NCBI RefSeq assembly: GCF_030144855.1
Contig: NC_082727.1
Location: 41,168,001 to 41,232,000 of the forward strand
Origin: Hypanus sabinus
Lineage: Eukaryota
Direction: 5' to 3'
DNA: 64,000 nucleotides
Shown here: positions 13,001 through 24,938 of the stretch, piece by piece
Layout of the letters: every line of letters starts with the position of its first letter
Position numbering within the stretch: the first letter of the stretch is position 1
The notes under the pieces: generated by a model
Told to the model about the DNA's origin: nothing
Database searches by the model: none
What the model saw: only the letters and a program-made list of their open reading frames with translations
Made by a program: the position numbers and the translations under genes

Positions 13001-14837
13001 TCTGCACTGGTCAGGTTATTAACAAAACCAGAAAGCATGATTTAACATTTTGGATTCAAAGAGAAACAGAAATATGAAACTGATATAGTAAATATATAGT
13101 AAAATGTATTTTAATATATTTACACATTTTCCATGTAACAAAAATATTAAAACATAAAAAGATAAACTATCAACAATGGGTAGTTAAAACTGTCCAACAC
13201 ATCATTGGCACCAGCCCTACCTGCCAATGAGGGCATAGATACAGAATGGTGCCAGGAATAGGCTACCAATATTGTGAAGGATCCCATTCTCCCAGCGAAC
13301 TGACTGTTTGTCCCACTCCCATCAGGGAAAAGGCTACACTGCATTCATGCCAGGACCACTAGTCTCAAAACCAGTTACTTCCCCAAGCTGTTCAGATGAT
13401 CGAGACCTCTATCCATTAACCCATCCCACCACCATATCCACAGCAGCCACTCTTCCATAACTCCTCAGCACCCTTCATGGACCCCATGCATTGCCCCTTT
13501 ACAGTTACTTGTACATATTTATAATACTATTCATACTATTTATGTTTTTTATGCATATTGCTGCATCGGATGTGGAGTAAAAATCTTTTTGATCCCTTTA
13601 CACTAGTGACCTAAAGAATTGCATAAACTATCTTGAATAGAAATACATAGTGCTTTTCTCAAAAAATATCCCAAAACACTTCACAACCTTTTAATTCTGA
13701 TGAATACCCTTAAGTTGGAAACACTGTAATGGACCAACAAACAAGATTTCATGAACAATTCAATACTTCTAGTCAACTTGAAGTTAAGTTTCTTTCCTGT
13801 TTAGTTTCTAACCAATCAACTAGCAAGATTTCCTTGCTCTCAAAAACCTTTGGCGTCAGAAAACTATAAATGAAATGCAAAAATTTCTTTACTATAACCC
13901 CACATAATTAGCATTACACTAAAGTATATTCATATGAGAACAATAAAAAACCCCCTGCAGATTCTATATCCAAAATCAAAACAGAAAATACCGGAAACAT
14001 TCAGCAAAGCAAACAGTGCAAGTGAAAAGAGAAACCTCTATAAACTATACTTCCAAAATATTTTAATTGGATATTGTTCAATAATCTATACTCAATGAAA
14101 ACCAGTATGAACAATCAGTGATAACTCATTACTTAGGTTTACCTAAAGAAATTGGCATTATTTCATAAACACAATGTCAACACTAAATGTTAAATGCTCT
14201 TATGGAATTGTACTCATTCTTTAGTGCCATGAAAAGAAAAGTAACTCTCTATATTTAAAATGTCACCTCTAATTTATTTTTAAATGTAAATAATATATTG
14301 GATAATAAAAGGTTATCAATAGAAATAGGATTATGAAATTTAAGACAAGATCCAACAATTTAACTTCTTCCATTGACTATATTAAGGATTACTTTAAAAA
14401 TTGTTCGTTAAAATTGGATGTGATGCTGATGTTAGTAGAAGTTTATATACTAACCCCCCATACAAGAACCCAATACAGTACTTCAACCAATAAAATATTT
14501 GAAATACAACAAAATTTTAAGTTTTACTGCTAAAGTAAAACTAGAAATGAGTACCAACATTTTAAATACAAATAATAACAAGCTTCTCCATCTAGATACT
14601 ATGATTATACCCGTGAGCAGGGCCACGGGCGATTAAGTAACAACATAAATGCAGCCTTCCTAGACTAAAGAGACCCTTTAACTTGCTTTCTTACCACAAA
14701 CTATACAGCCGGCTTTTCGAATACAAGAGCGACCATCGGAAGAAATCGGAATGAAAAAGCTTTCTGAAGCGAAAACCCAGAGAATGTGAGCGAGTTTTCT
14801 GAGCCGTTGGCGGGCCACAAGTGCCAGAACTACTCAC

Positions 14838-14887
14838 CTATCGAGCGGCTGCGACGGGGCTGTTGTTAGATCCTGGCCATCCGACAT
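14838..14887 (-). CDS. MARCHF5: MARCHF5 (mitochondrial RING-CH E3 ligase) coding exon 1
   Basis: Minus strand reads MSDGQDLTTAPSQPLD + AG followed by the donor GTGAGTA. It ends in LD(R) at phase 2, like mammalian MARCHF5 exon 1 (MPDQALQQMLDR), and sits head-to-head with CPEB3 as in human. Confidence 0.85.
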
Positions 14888-15311
14888 TTTCCAGGAATTC
14901 GTGACTGTTGCTGGCGCTTCCCCTCTCTCTTATCCGAGGAGATTCATGTGAATGCTTTGCAGTAGGCCTCAACCCCACCGCGATCCGCTGGGAATGCTTT
15001 CAGACGAACAACAACAAAAAAAATCCCTGGCTCCCAACAAACCTGAATGGGAGGAGAGGGGCAGATGAACAGCAGCCTCAGCTGCCACGCTCACACCTAC
15101 AGCCTCAAGCCCTGACGCACACCACTCTAGTTTTAAAGCTCCTCCGTACGAAATGTGCCGATCGTTTTACACAAACGCCTGTTATTTTCTAAACAGAAAT
15201 TGCGACTTCCAAACCACGGCCTCCATTCACTGACTGTGAGGAAATAATAGCGCTGAGCGAAGCGGAAATGCGCGCTCTGCCACTCACAAGCGGAGGAGAC
15301 CGTGTCGCTGC

Positions 15312-15332
15312 GCATGCTGGGAAATGTAGTTC
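15312..15332 (-). promoter_or_regulatory. ZNF143/Staf (SBS) motif
   Basis: Minus strand GAACTACATTTCCCAGCATGC matches the ACTACAnnTCCCAGCATGC consensus. Confidence 0.75.
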
Positions 15333-17274
15333 CACACCCTCCCGGTCGCAGTACCGCCGCTCGAGTCTGGCGGGGCGAGAACTGCATTTGCCGCAATGCA
15401 TTGCTTCGCCCATTCAGGCGTACGAATGGGTTCCTACAGTCTGGGTTTGTTGGGTCCACGGTTAGTTGGGTAAACCATCTGGAAGTTTGCGCTGCGCACC
15501 AGAACAGAATTGGCACAATTTTTCTTACAAACTAGTTCAAAGGTTCATACTAAGGTAACTCGTATTAGTCGTCACGAGAAGAATGGAAATCTACAGAAAT
15601 TAACTGCGAAATTCAGAATTACTTTTAAGGATGTAACATAAAATATAAGCATGCTATATCTAAATGTTAATTATAGTATAGAGCAATGTTATGATATCGT
15701 TTGTTAGTTGTCCATTATCCAAACAATAAATCCAATCATGTGCTTTAATGATAAGATACGTTTCTTGTGACCTTGACCATTACAAGCGTCCAAATCGGCC
15801 TTTTGAATTACAAAGCAACGCTGCATTACAGGCTGTGAATCGGGTAAATAAGGGAATCTATTAATGTCATATTTTTTCTTATGAATTACTGTTTAACATC
15901 GTTTGTCAGTTATCTTGGATTAATATTTTATTTGTAAAGATGACCCTCTGTTGTTAGAATTTAAACATTGCCCACGTTTAAGAGAACATTTTATTTACAA
16001 AAGCGCTTGTCATCTACGCCCTGTTGGAGATAACTCATTTTTATTCTTCTCGCGTTTGGTATTTAGAACAATAAACGTATCTAATGCTGAATTTCTGGGG
16101 GAAATGCCATTTCGCTTTTTTTTGATAAACTCTGTACGTCATCAATTAAAACGAAACTAGCAACATTAAACATGAATGTTGATACGAGTTGACAATGACC
16201 TTGAGGGTCCAGCGTTGCTGACGATAAATAATTATTCTGATTAAAAATGCACGTGCATGTTAATTTGGCGACGTTTTGATTTGATTGCTGATTTGCATAG
16301 TACGCGGATTAAAAATTTCGATTGAATAAAATGCCGAAGATCATATCTTACAGATCGTCACTTTGATATCAGTCTTTTTTTGGATATAATTTGTCCTTAA
16401 GAAAGTAGAAATAAGAGTTGTCCAATCGTCGCTTGGCGTGCAATAACATGCCAACCAAGGAGCCATTTTATATATTTTAAAAAAAACATTAGTTAGTGTG
16501 GGTAAATATACTGTACGAGAAACGGCAATATGCGGGAGATTTTGAGACATTGTAAAATCTCATCGGCTTGGGGTTGGAAATCTAATTCGTGTCAATCATA
16601 TGTAGAAATGAATAAAATGGACAAGGTCATAAGTTACGTGTCAAAAGAGGTTTTGCTGTTTTAAGAGCGGATTGTTCCATTTATTTTATTGTGAATTCGT
16701 ATTTTCAAAGATCAGCTTATTCTTTTAACGTTCCGAGATAATTTTGGTGCAAAACAGGCTGTTGTTTGCCCGATTTAGGCAGGTTTTTCTTTCGGCATCT
16801 CTTCTTCCCCACCCCCTTCCAGTTGGTCAGGGAGTTTAAATAAAATGCAGTATAGTGCCTACAGCTGTAACTTCGGATATTTATTTTAGATTGCCTATGC
16901 GCCAGTGACAAAAATACACCCACTGGATTTAGCTGGATCGTAAATTTAATGTTAGGTCTTGAAAGCGATCGGGCGATTTAAATTTTAAAATGCATTTTAA
17001 CCTTCTGAAGGACGCAGTACTATTTATTGACGTATGTAAATTAGCAAAGGGCTTTGAAAGCTCTTGAACAGGAACAAGAATCAGTTTCACATTGCGGGTG
17101 AGAGCTGAAGTTCCGGTGTAAAGAAAGACGTGGCGAAATTGGTGAATATCTGTGCCCGCATCCCAAATCTCTCATTCCGAGGACAATCCAGAATACGAAA
17201 GGGTGAAGCCGCTCCTCCTTCTTTCAAAAAGGGAACTATTAATATTGTCCCCACCCCCACCGCCCCTCTGCTAA

Positions 17275-17400
17275 ATGGGGGATTACAGATTTGCTTTACA
17301 GTCACCTAGCAATAATACAGGATTTTCGCCGGCGCTGGAGTACCAGAACACAGCTAATAATAACGCGTCTTTGTTTTTTCCTGTTTCAGCTCCGCAAACC
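17275..17400 (+). CDS. CPEB3: In-frame N-terminal extension of CPEB3 (42 aa, CPEB4-like)
   Basis: MGDYRFALQSPSNNTG...NNNASLFFPVSAPQT is open and in frame with MQDDLL. It resembles the CPEB4 N-terminus (MGDYGFGVLVQSNTG...WLFPAPATHNIQDEIL). Confidence 0.6.
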
Positions 17401-18159
17401 ATGCAGGATGATTTACTGATGGACAAAAGCAAACCCCAACAGCTTTCACCAAGGTCAGAGCAAAGCACCGAAGCCGCAGAAACCCCCAAATCAGAAGAGA
17501 GCCCCGTGAGTATAAACGTCCCGGTTTCTGCCCAGAATAAAGAGAAGGCGCAGATGGAATCGCCAATTTTGCCCGGCTTGAGCTTTCAACCGCAGGAGCC
17601 CGGTAACTCCTTGTCCCCTTCGTTCAGTACATGGTCCACTGGCACCACCAACACCGTAGATGATAGCTTTTTCCAAGGGATCCCACCAGTGAACGGGACG
17701 ATGCTGTTCCAAAATTTCACTCACGTCAACCCGGTTTTCGGTGGCACTTTCTCGCCGCAGATCGGTCTGGCTCAACAGACACAGCACCACCAAGCCGCCC
17801 AACAGCAACAGCAGCAGAGGAGGTCGCCGGTCAGCCCGCAGGCTCCCTTTGCCCAGCGCAGCGCCTACAGCCACCAGCCCATCATGACAAGCAAACCTTC
17901 CTCGGCTTGGAACAACCATCAGAACACTACCTGGAGCACTGCCCCCAACCCTTGGAGCGGGCTGCAAGCCAGGGATCCCCGGCGAGCTGTTGGGGTGCCA
18001 TCCCCACTTAACCCCATCTCTCCGCTCAAAAAACCCTTTTCCAGCAATGTGATCGCCCCTCCTAAGTTCCCTCGAACTGCACCCACACTGAACCCCAAGT
18101 CTTGGATGGACGACAACGCCTTTAGGACGGACAACAACAACGGCATGTTGCAATTTCAG
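17401..18159 (+). CDS. CPEB3: CPEB3 first major coding exon (low-complexity, prion-like N-terminal domain)
   Basis: MQDDLLMDKSK...SFFQGIPPVNGTMLFQNF...VNPVFGGTFSPQIGLAQ...PSPLNPISPLKKPFSSNVIAPPKFPR...KSWMDDNAFRTDN matches CPEB3. Acceptor TTTCAG|C at 17389/17390; phase-0 donor CAG|GTACTG at 18159/18160. Confidence 0.97.
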
Positions 18160-18769
18160 GTACTGTAATGCGTCCTCGAATATTTTCTTCATTACCAGAT
18201 GTACAAAAGACGCGTTAGGACATGACCTTCACAGCCATATTGTCGTGTCATCTTTAATGGGACATGACATTGCAGTGAAAATACCGCATCTGTTCTTTTC
18301 AGCTATTCAGTTACATAGATCAGCTCACATACACCCTCAGTTCATATGATCATGCTCTTGTCACTGTCTAACACCAGGGTTCTTTGTGAACCCCTATTGC
18401 CCCCCCCCCCAAAATCTGGCTGAAAAGCAATGGGCCCGCTTTCAGCACTTGTTTTATTTATGTTGCGTTTTCATGTTGCCAGCATTTTTTGATTCGTATA
18501 TAAAATTGAGATTATCATTGTTCATGAGCTGTATAAAGTATAAGAAATAAATTTCATAGTACAATATGTTAATTTAGGAAAAATCTAACAACCGGCTGTT
18601 TGCAAGAATTAACAGTAGCCAAGACTGTTATCCGGTAGGCCCTGTTGCGGTTAGTGAAGATTACATTTATTGAAGAATCCTGAACGGGTTTATTTTTTCT
18701 CTAATTCATTATTGCATTATGGCGACAGATGACCCTTTTTTTTAAAGGCCGCTTTGTTTGGACAATTGT

Positions 18770-18795
18770 TTTGACGTCAAACATTTGGGGGCGGA
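18770..18795. promoter_or_regulatory. Full CRE palindrome with adjacent GC box
   Basis: TTTGACGTCAAA (TGACGTCA at 18772-18779) followed by GGGGCGGAG. Confidence 0.5.
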
Positions 18796-21049
18796 GCAAA
18801 TCCCTGACCATAAAGTATTTCAATTGTTGTAAAGCAAAGACACTCGTTTCTCAGAGCTTCTCACGTATTTGCTGTAGTGCTTGTAGCATGCAAAGAAAAT
18901 GCTGAGTATTAGTTACACATTTGAAGAATTTTTTTAAAAAACCAAGAAGCTTTCTATTTATCCTATATTACTGTGGTTGGACTTCTTGTATCACAGATGT
19001 CCTTAGGTATATAGAGCATCTATTCACATATTTGCACACTATTTAAAAGAAGGAGGTACAACAATTGGGTCAGAAGTTTGACATTTTGCTGGGAGGATAT
19101 CCTTTATTGTTAAGAGTAGAAATTAATTACCATATGGGAGAGAATGACACTATTGCGCAGAATGTGAACAAATATGTCAGATTTGACATAGCATTTACAT
19201 GTTAATGGAGCATTCAGAAGGCAAAGGGCCTGAAGAATGTAATGTTGTATGCCATTGGAGATAGTAACTACTGCTTATTATGATGCTTTGTGATAAAGTA
19301 TTATCTGGTGGCAAGATGCATCCAATTCCTAGCTGCTGGTGTATGTTTCATAGCTTGGATATGATCTTTGTGAGCAGAGAATGACAAACCCATTATTTTC
19401 ATTGATTTCAAATTACAATGCTGTTTTCCTCATTTTTTAAAATGAGTCCAAAACCTTCAGTTAGAGGTTTAAGTGTGTTCAGTTTCGGAATAGCAAGCTG
19501 ACCCTGACAAAATGACATTACAGATTGTAGTAATGGAGTTTGCTGTACGGCTGACCTCAATAAATTATTTTTGACGATTTTCATCACTTTTACTGTATTT
19601 CATCAGGGTAATCTGAAACGTTTTTGCATATTTACTGAAAACAGTGTGCCCAGCAAGTGGTGTTATATTGATATACAAAGCCAGTTCTGCTCAGTGATGT
19701 GAAATGGAGGCTGAGGAAATGGAAATGGAGACCATGTATCAGTGTTACAGTTGCATAGAAGTTTACCACATGCTGATTAATTTTTATAATTAAATGTAGT
19801 GCAGGGTCTGGTTTACTGTTTTTTAATTCATCTATGGTAACCCATGCTCAATTTAAAAGCCTAGCTAATCGAACGTTATATGCATTGAAATACATGCATT
19901 GTGTGCAAGATTAAGATAATTTCTAGACAAGTTTTAGTTGAATTCATTCATTAATGAGATAAAAATGCATATTTGTTAAGATATACACCTTGATTTGTTT
20001 ATAATATTACATATAGAAATAATTTAAAGTGAGATTACTTTTAAGTCAATACATAAAATTTTTACTCATAAGATTGTATAAATCAGGGTGTTGACTGTAA
20101 CCATTTTTTGTTGGAACAGGACTGGAATAGTAAGATGAAATACAGTATTTTTGCTTTAATGCACTGATCTGATGCAGTAAATGCTTATCTTTGGTATATC
20201 TGATAACCTACGAAAGCATTGAGGTTAGCAATCAGATATAAGTTACGAATACTTTGTTTTGTAATAATGTGCTTGTGCATCAAAGGAAAATGTAAGTGTT
20301 ATGAAAACTTCAACTAGTATACACAGAGTGTATAGATATCTTTTGTCAACATATATAAATGTAAATTGAGTGAAAGACGGTGTGTGTACGCTCAATCAAT
20401 TCACTGTAAAGGTTTTTAATAAGCTTGATTCAAAAGCCTGCTGCATTGATCCAGTTAGCAGCTATAGATCGGAGCAACATTAGTGCAGATAGTTGTGAAA
20501 TTTTAATGTATATTGCAATGTCAAAATTTCCCAATATAAAGCCGTTGTCATTGAATTATGAACAAAGCAGGTGACTATAACAAGATGAGAAATGTATGCC
20601 CTAGTCATTTGGGGAAAAACTCAATTTTGCTGCACCGTCAATCAATGTGGGCGCTAATATATCAATAGATCTTTGCCTTTGGTCACAATGATTTGGAGGT
20701 AGGGTAAATTTATTATTTCTAGGTATATTAACTTAAATTGGCTGCAAACCTGAGCAAGAGAGCAAGGATTAGAATGTAATAATTTGCAATCTGAAGTAGA
20801 TGCATGTCGCTGCATCTAATTACACTGAGTGGAGGCGACTACAATACAGTGCCAATGGATGTAGGATATTTGAGGAATCGAAGGGAGTCTTACAATTGGG
20901 GAGAGAGCTGAGGAAGGATGATACTTGATCTAGCAGGACCAAGGAGGGGAAATGGGAATTTGGTAGTCTCACTCAAATGAAGATTCCAAGGATGTAGTAA
21001 ATGTGGGTTGCAAAAATCAGCCATTGTGGATTTGAAAGCAAAATAAATA

Positions 21050-21665
21050 AGTTGGTTTATTATTGCCACGTGTATCAAGGTACTGTGAAAAACTTGTTTT
21101 GCATGCTGACTATTTGGATCATTTCATTACAACAATGCATTGAGGTAGTGCAGGGGGAAAACAATAACAGGATACAGAGTAAAGTGCAGACAGGAAGTGA
21201 AGTGCAAGGTCATAATGAAGTAGATCGAGAGCCCCAGAGTCCAAACTGATCTAACTGGGGAACTGTTCAATAGCCTTATAACACTGGGGTAAAAGCTATC
21301 CTTAAGCCTGATCGTATGTACTTACAGGCTTTCACATCTTTTTGTATGGGTGGGGGGGGTTTGATTATCTTGGTTGCTTTATCAAGGCAGCAAGGGATAC
21401 AGAGGGAATTCATGGAGGGGAATCTGGCTTCCGAGATGTGTTGAACTGTGTCCACAACTTTCTGCAGTTTCCTGGGGTCACGGGCAGCGCAGTTGCCATC
21501 CCAAGCTGTGATGCATCAGGGTAGGGTTCTTTCTAAGGTGCACTGATAGCAATTGGTGAGGGTCGGGGAGGTCATGCCAAATCTCTTTCACCTCCTGAGG
21601 AGACGGGCACTTGGCTGTGGCATCAATGTAGCTGGATCAGGACAGGCTATTGGGAATGTTCACTA
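21050..21665 (-). mobile_element. Rex1/Babar-type LINE 3' fragment
   Basis: Reverse complement of the 1-410 family tail plus coding remnants. Confidence 0.6.
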
Positions 21666-22845
21666 TGTTGGAAATCTGAAATAAAAAGAAAACCAAAAAA
21701 AAAACAGTGATGCTCAGTAGGTTAAGCAGCATTTCTGAGATGAGGAACTGTGTTAATACTTCAGGTTGTTTATCATTCATCAGAATTGCAAAACTGAGAA
21801 AGTTAAGTTCCAGGGAGGAGGCAGGGTGGAGTAAACAAAAGGAATGTCAGTGACAGGGTGGAACCAAGGTTGTCTTGGTGATCACATTGCCATCTGGGAG
21901 AGCTGGAAACTTTTTTTGTAGGAAGGAGATGTGGATGTTGGTAACAAAAACATGAGAAACAAAGGGTGAGCAAGTTAAAAGGGCTGGAAGGAAATATTAT
22001 TAAGGAAAGGAGCAGACCGAGTTCAAGATCCTGGAAGAGGGCAAAGAGGGTGCAAAGGGGAAGGGACTTGAGAATAAAAGGGGCCCATTCAAGGAAATGA
22101 ATTTAATTGAGAGGTGGATGCTACCACTGACCGGTAGATGAAGATAAAAGATGAGGTGCTTTAACAAGAGCAAGAGCCGCATAAACAAAATGGAAAAGCA
22201 TCAGCCTTTGCTTATTAAGCTTCAACATCAAAGAGTTCCTGATCCACCCACAGCCCCCTTTTGAACTTTGCTCTGCTCATTCTCTTCCCTTGCAATCTGT
22301 CTGTGCACTTAATGGGTGTTTATGTTCATATAGGATGCCACTAGAACAAAATGGCAAGTGTTGTCTGACTGGTGAATTATAATGCCTTGAGTCAGGCTGC
22401 CTAAGTATTAAATGCTGAATATAGTAAAAATAGTACACTATCATTTTTTTAATATCCTCTTGAAACTAATTCCTCTGTGATCCTTTTAATGTGATTTTCT
22501 CCAGCAGTTTAAAACCCTGTCTTAGACACTATTATTATTGTCATGTTTTTAAGTTTCTTTCCGTGTGCCAAGCACAACCTCTCAGTTATAATTTCCATCC
22601 CTACTTTTTGCTGACTCCTTTCTAATCTTTCTCGACTTTACTTTTTTTCATTGCTCTCCTTCCTAAATTCTAGGCTCCTGCTTTTCCTACCACACCCTTT
22701 CCTAGTCTATTGATAGTGATTCTCGGATTCTGTAGACTGTTCTTGTTTTTTCATTACCCGCTTTTTCCTTTGATACTTGACATCTCTTCTTGCCCTTGGT
22801 CTTCCCTTTTTCCCTCTTGGCGTAATTGCAGCCTTTTTAATATCT

Positions 22846-23062
22846 GCACACAAAATTCTGCAGGAGCTCAGCAGGTCAGGCAGCATCTATGGAGAGGAAT
22901 AAGCAGTCAACATTTTGGGCAGAGACCCTTCACCAGTCCTTTTGAAAGGTCTTAGCCTGAACTATTGACTGTTTATTCTTCTAAATAGATACGGCCTGAC
23001 ATGCTGAGTTTCTCAGCATATTGTGTGTGTTGCTCTGTATTTCCAGCATCTGCAGAATCTCC
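22846..23062. mobile_element. Inverted pair of Penelope-type terminal repeats
   Basis: CACAAAAT..CTCAGCAGGTCAGGCAGCATCTAT..GAGACCCTTCA followed by its diverged reverse complement. Confidence 0.65.
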
Positions 23063-24539
23063 TGTTTCTAATACCCATCCTTACACATGCCCGTGTCTCT
23101 AATTTTACGGGTGTGATCACTCATGGACTTGATTTGACCTTTGTTTTTTAAAAAAAATTTTATCACTAATTTTTATTGCAACACCAGCAAATTACATTCA
23201 ATACAACCAGTTGCCGATTATATTTTGACTGTTTAACCCAGCCACCCCCCAACCTTTGATTTGTCTCTATTCTTTGTTCTATGTGCCCTCTCGCTCTTAT
23301 CTTGAAGTTTCCTTACTCTGTAGGCTCCGTCAAAGCCAGCCAAGTGTGCCTACGCATTTTCCATTATTTTGCTACGTTATCCCTCTCTGATGGGTAATGA
23401 CAGGGTAAATTCAAGTCGGCTTTTTCCACTGAGGTTGGATGAGACTCATGGGGATAGGTTAAAGGTGAAATATTTAATGGGAATCTTAGGAGGAACTTCT
23501 TCACTCAGAAGGTTGTGCAAGTGTGGAGTGGGCTGCAGCAGAATTGGTAGGTATGGGTTTGATTGCAGTACTTTGGAGAAGTTTGGATAAGTACATGGAT
23601 GGGAGGGGTATGGAGGGCTATGGTCCAGTTGTAGGTTGATGGGACTAGGAAGAATAACAGATGGGCCAAAGGGCTTGTCTCTGTGCTGTAGTATTCTACA
23701 ACTCTATTCTTGCCCTCTGTGCATACTTTGTCTCTTCCTCTCACATATAAAAATCTTTTCCTATGTTTCTGAAATGCTGATTTCCACACCTTTACTCTCT
23801 GCTCAGTCTCACTCTCTTCCATCAATATTTCATCTCTAATCCTCCTCTGCACTAAGGTTTTTATGAACTCATTTCCTTGTTCTCCCTCACTTCTATATAT
23901 ATCTCTTTCTCATTTAGATGGTTTTTGGTACTCTCCTGCTGAACTCCCATTCGTTTTCTGATATGCACCCACCAACGCTTGTGGGTCCTTTGCTACCCCG
24001 CCCTTCTATTTTCTTTTTTGCTTTGACAACTTCTCTGTCATGTCTCTTTTTTTGTTACCTTGCATGCATGCTTTGTGGGGAATACTCTGGATAACGCGGG
24101 AACGTGGGCATGGAAATCACAACAAGCACTTGCTGCAAGCAGTGTGCAAACTTTAATCGCCTGCTCAATGCTGTGATTGAAGTATTGGGTGAACATTGTT
24201 CATGCTCTTCAGGTAATTAGTAGCCTAGAAGGGAGCAAAATTTGAGAGTGAGTACTGCAAATTGAGAATAGTCTGCACAAACTTAACCTCCACCAGGGCA
24301 GATGCATAGCATCCTTTATGGAATTGTCAAATGGGAAAGTGGAATCCACAACTTTGTGAGGATGGCCTTGGTGGAGGAGAGAGAAAGACGAGCAGAGTTG
24401 CAGATGCAAGGGACGTTCTCCTGCCATAGAATTGCAAGTGCAATGGGAGAAAGAGCTTAGAATGTAATTCCCTAAAGCCAAGAATTGAGTACTACAGTAT
24501 AGTGCTATAACAATTACAATCACCTCTTGTACTCTAGCT

Positions 24540-24938
24540 CATCTTCTTACTTGCTGCCTGTTATGTCACTGGCATTTGGGATGAAGGTCCTCCGTCACTG
24601 GCGGTGTTCAAAGCTTCCTTCGTTGTTTCCATAGCTTTTCTCTCGGTTTTCACTACTGTCCCAGGTGGAGACTCAGGAATGCTGTTGTACTCAGATGTCG
24701 GACTCTTCATTTGTTTCCAGTTTTGATTTACCGGTCAGGGTCATTAGCCCTGAGCTGAACCCCCGAACCTGAAGGACTGGTAGACCACTCTTAGAGTGGC
24801 CTCTACCCTTTGACCTGTTTGGCGTGCCCTTTGACCCTACCAAATCATAACATTTTGACTCCAGCCAACATAGCTCTCCGGGTCATTGAGGCATGCATGC
24901 TTCCAAACCATGACAAGGTTGTGGTACTCTTGGAGGAT
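24540..24938 (-). mobile_element. RTE-derived non-autonomous retroposon
   Basis: Minus-strand 5' end ACCACAACCTTGTCATGG..CTCAATGACCC..GAGCTATG resembles RTE/Expander/Bov-B 5' UTRs; AAG-type tail. Confidence 0.6.

Larger units (their letters stand above)
14600..15500. promoter_or_regulatory. CpG-rich bidirectional promoter of MARCHF5/CPEB3
   Basis: Local CpG enrichment against a CpG-poor background, with ETS-like CGGAA (~15263), NRF1-like TGCGCATGC (15309-15317), two ZNF143-type motifs and a GC box (15369-15377). Confidence 0.8.

Noticed and set aside
1-14830. MARCHF5 exon 2 (RING-CH, CWVCF...)
   Set aside because: Not found in the ORF track or by eye; presumed to lie left of the window.
17491-18192. 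233-aa antisense ORF
   Set aside because: Shadow of the GC-rich CPEB3 exon, with no recognisable motif.
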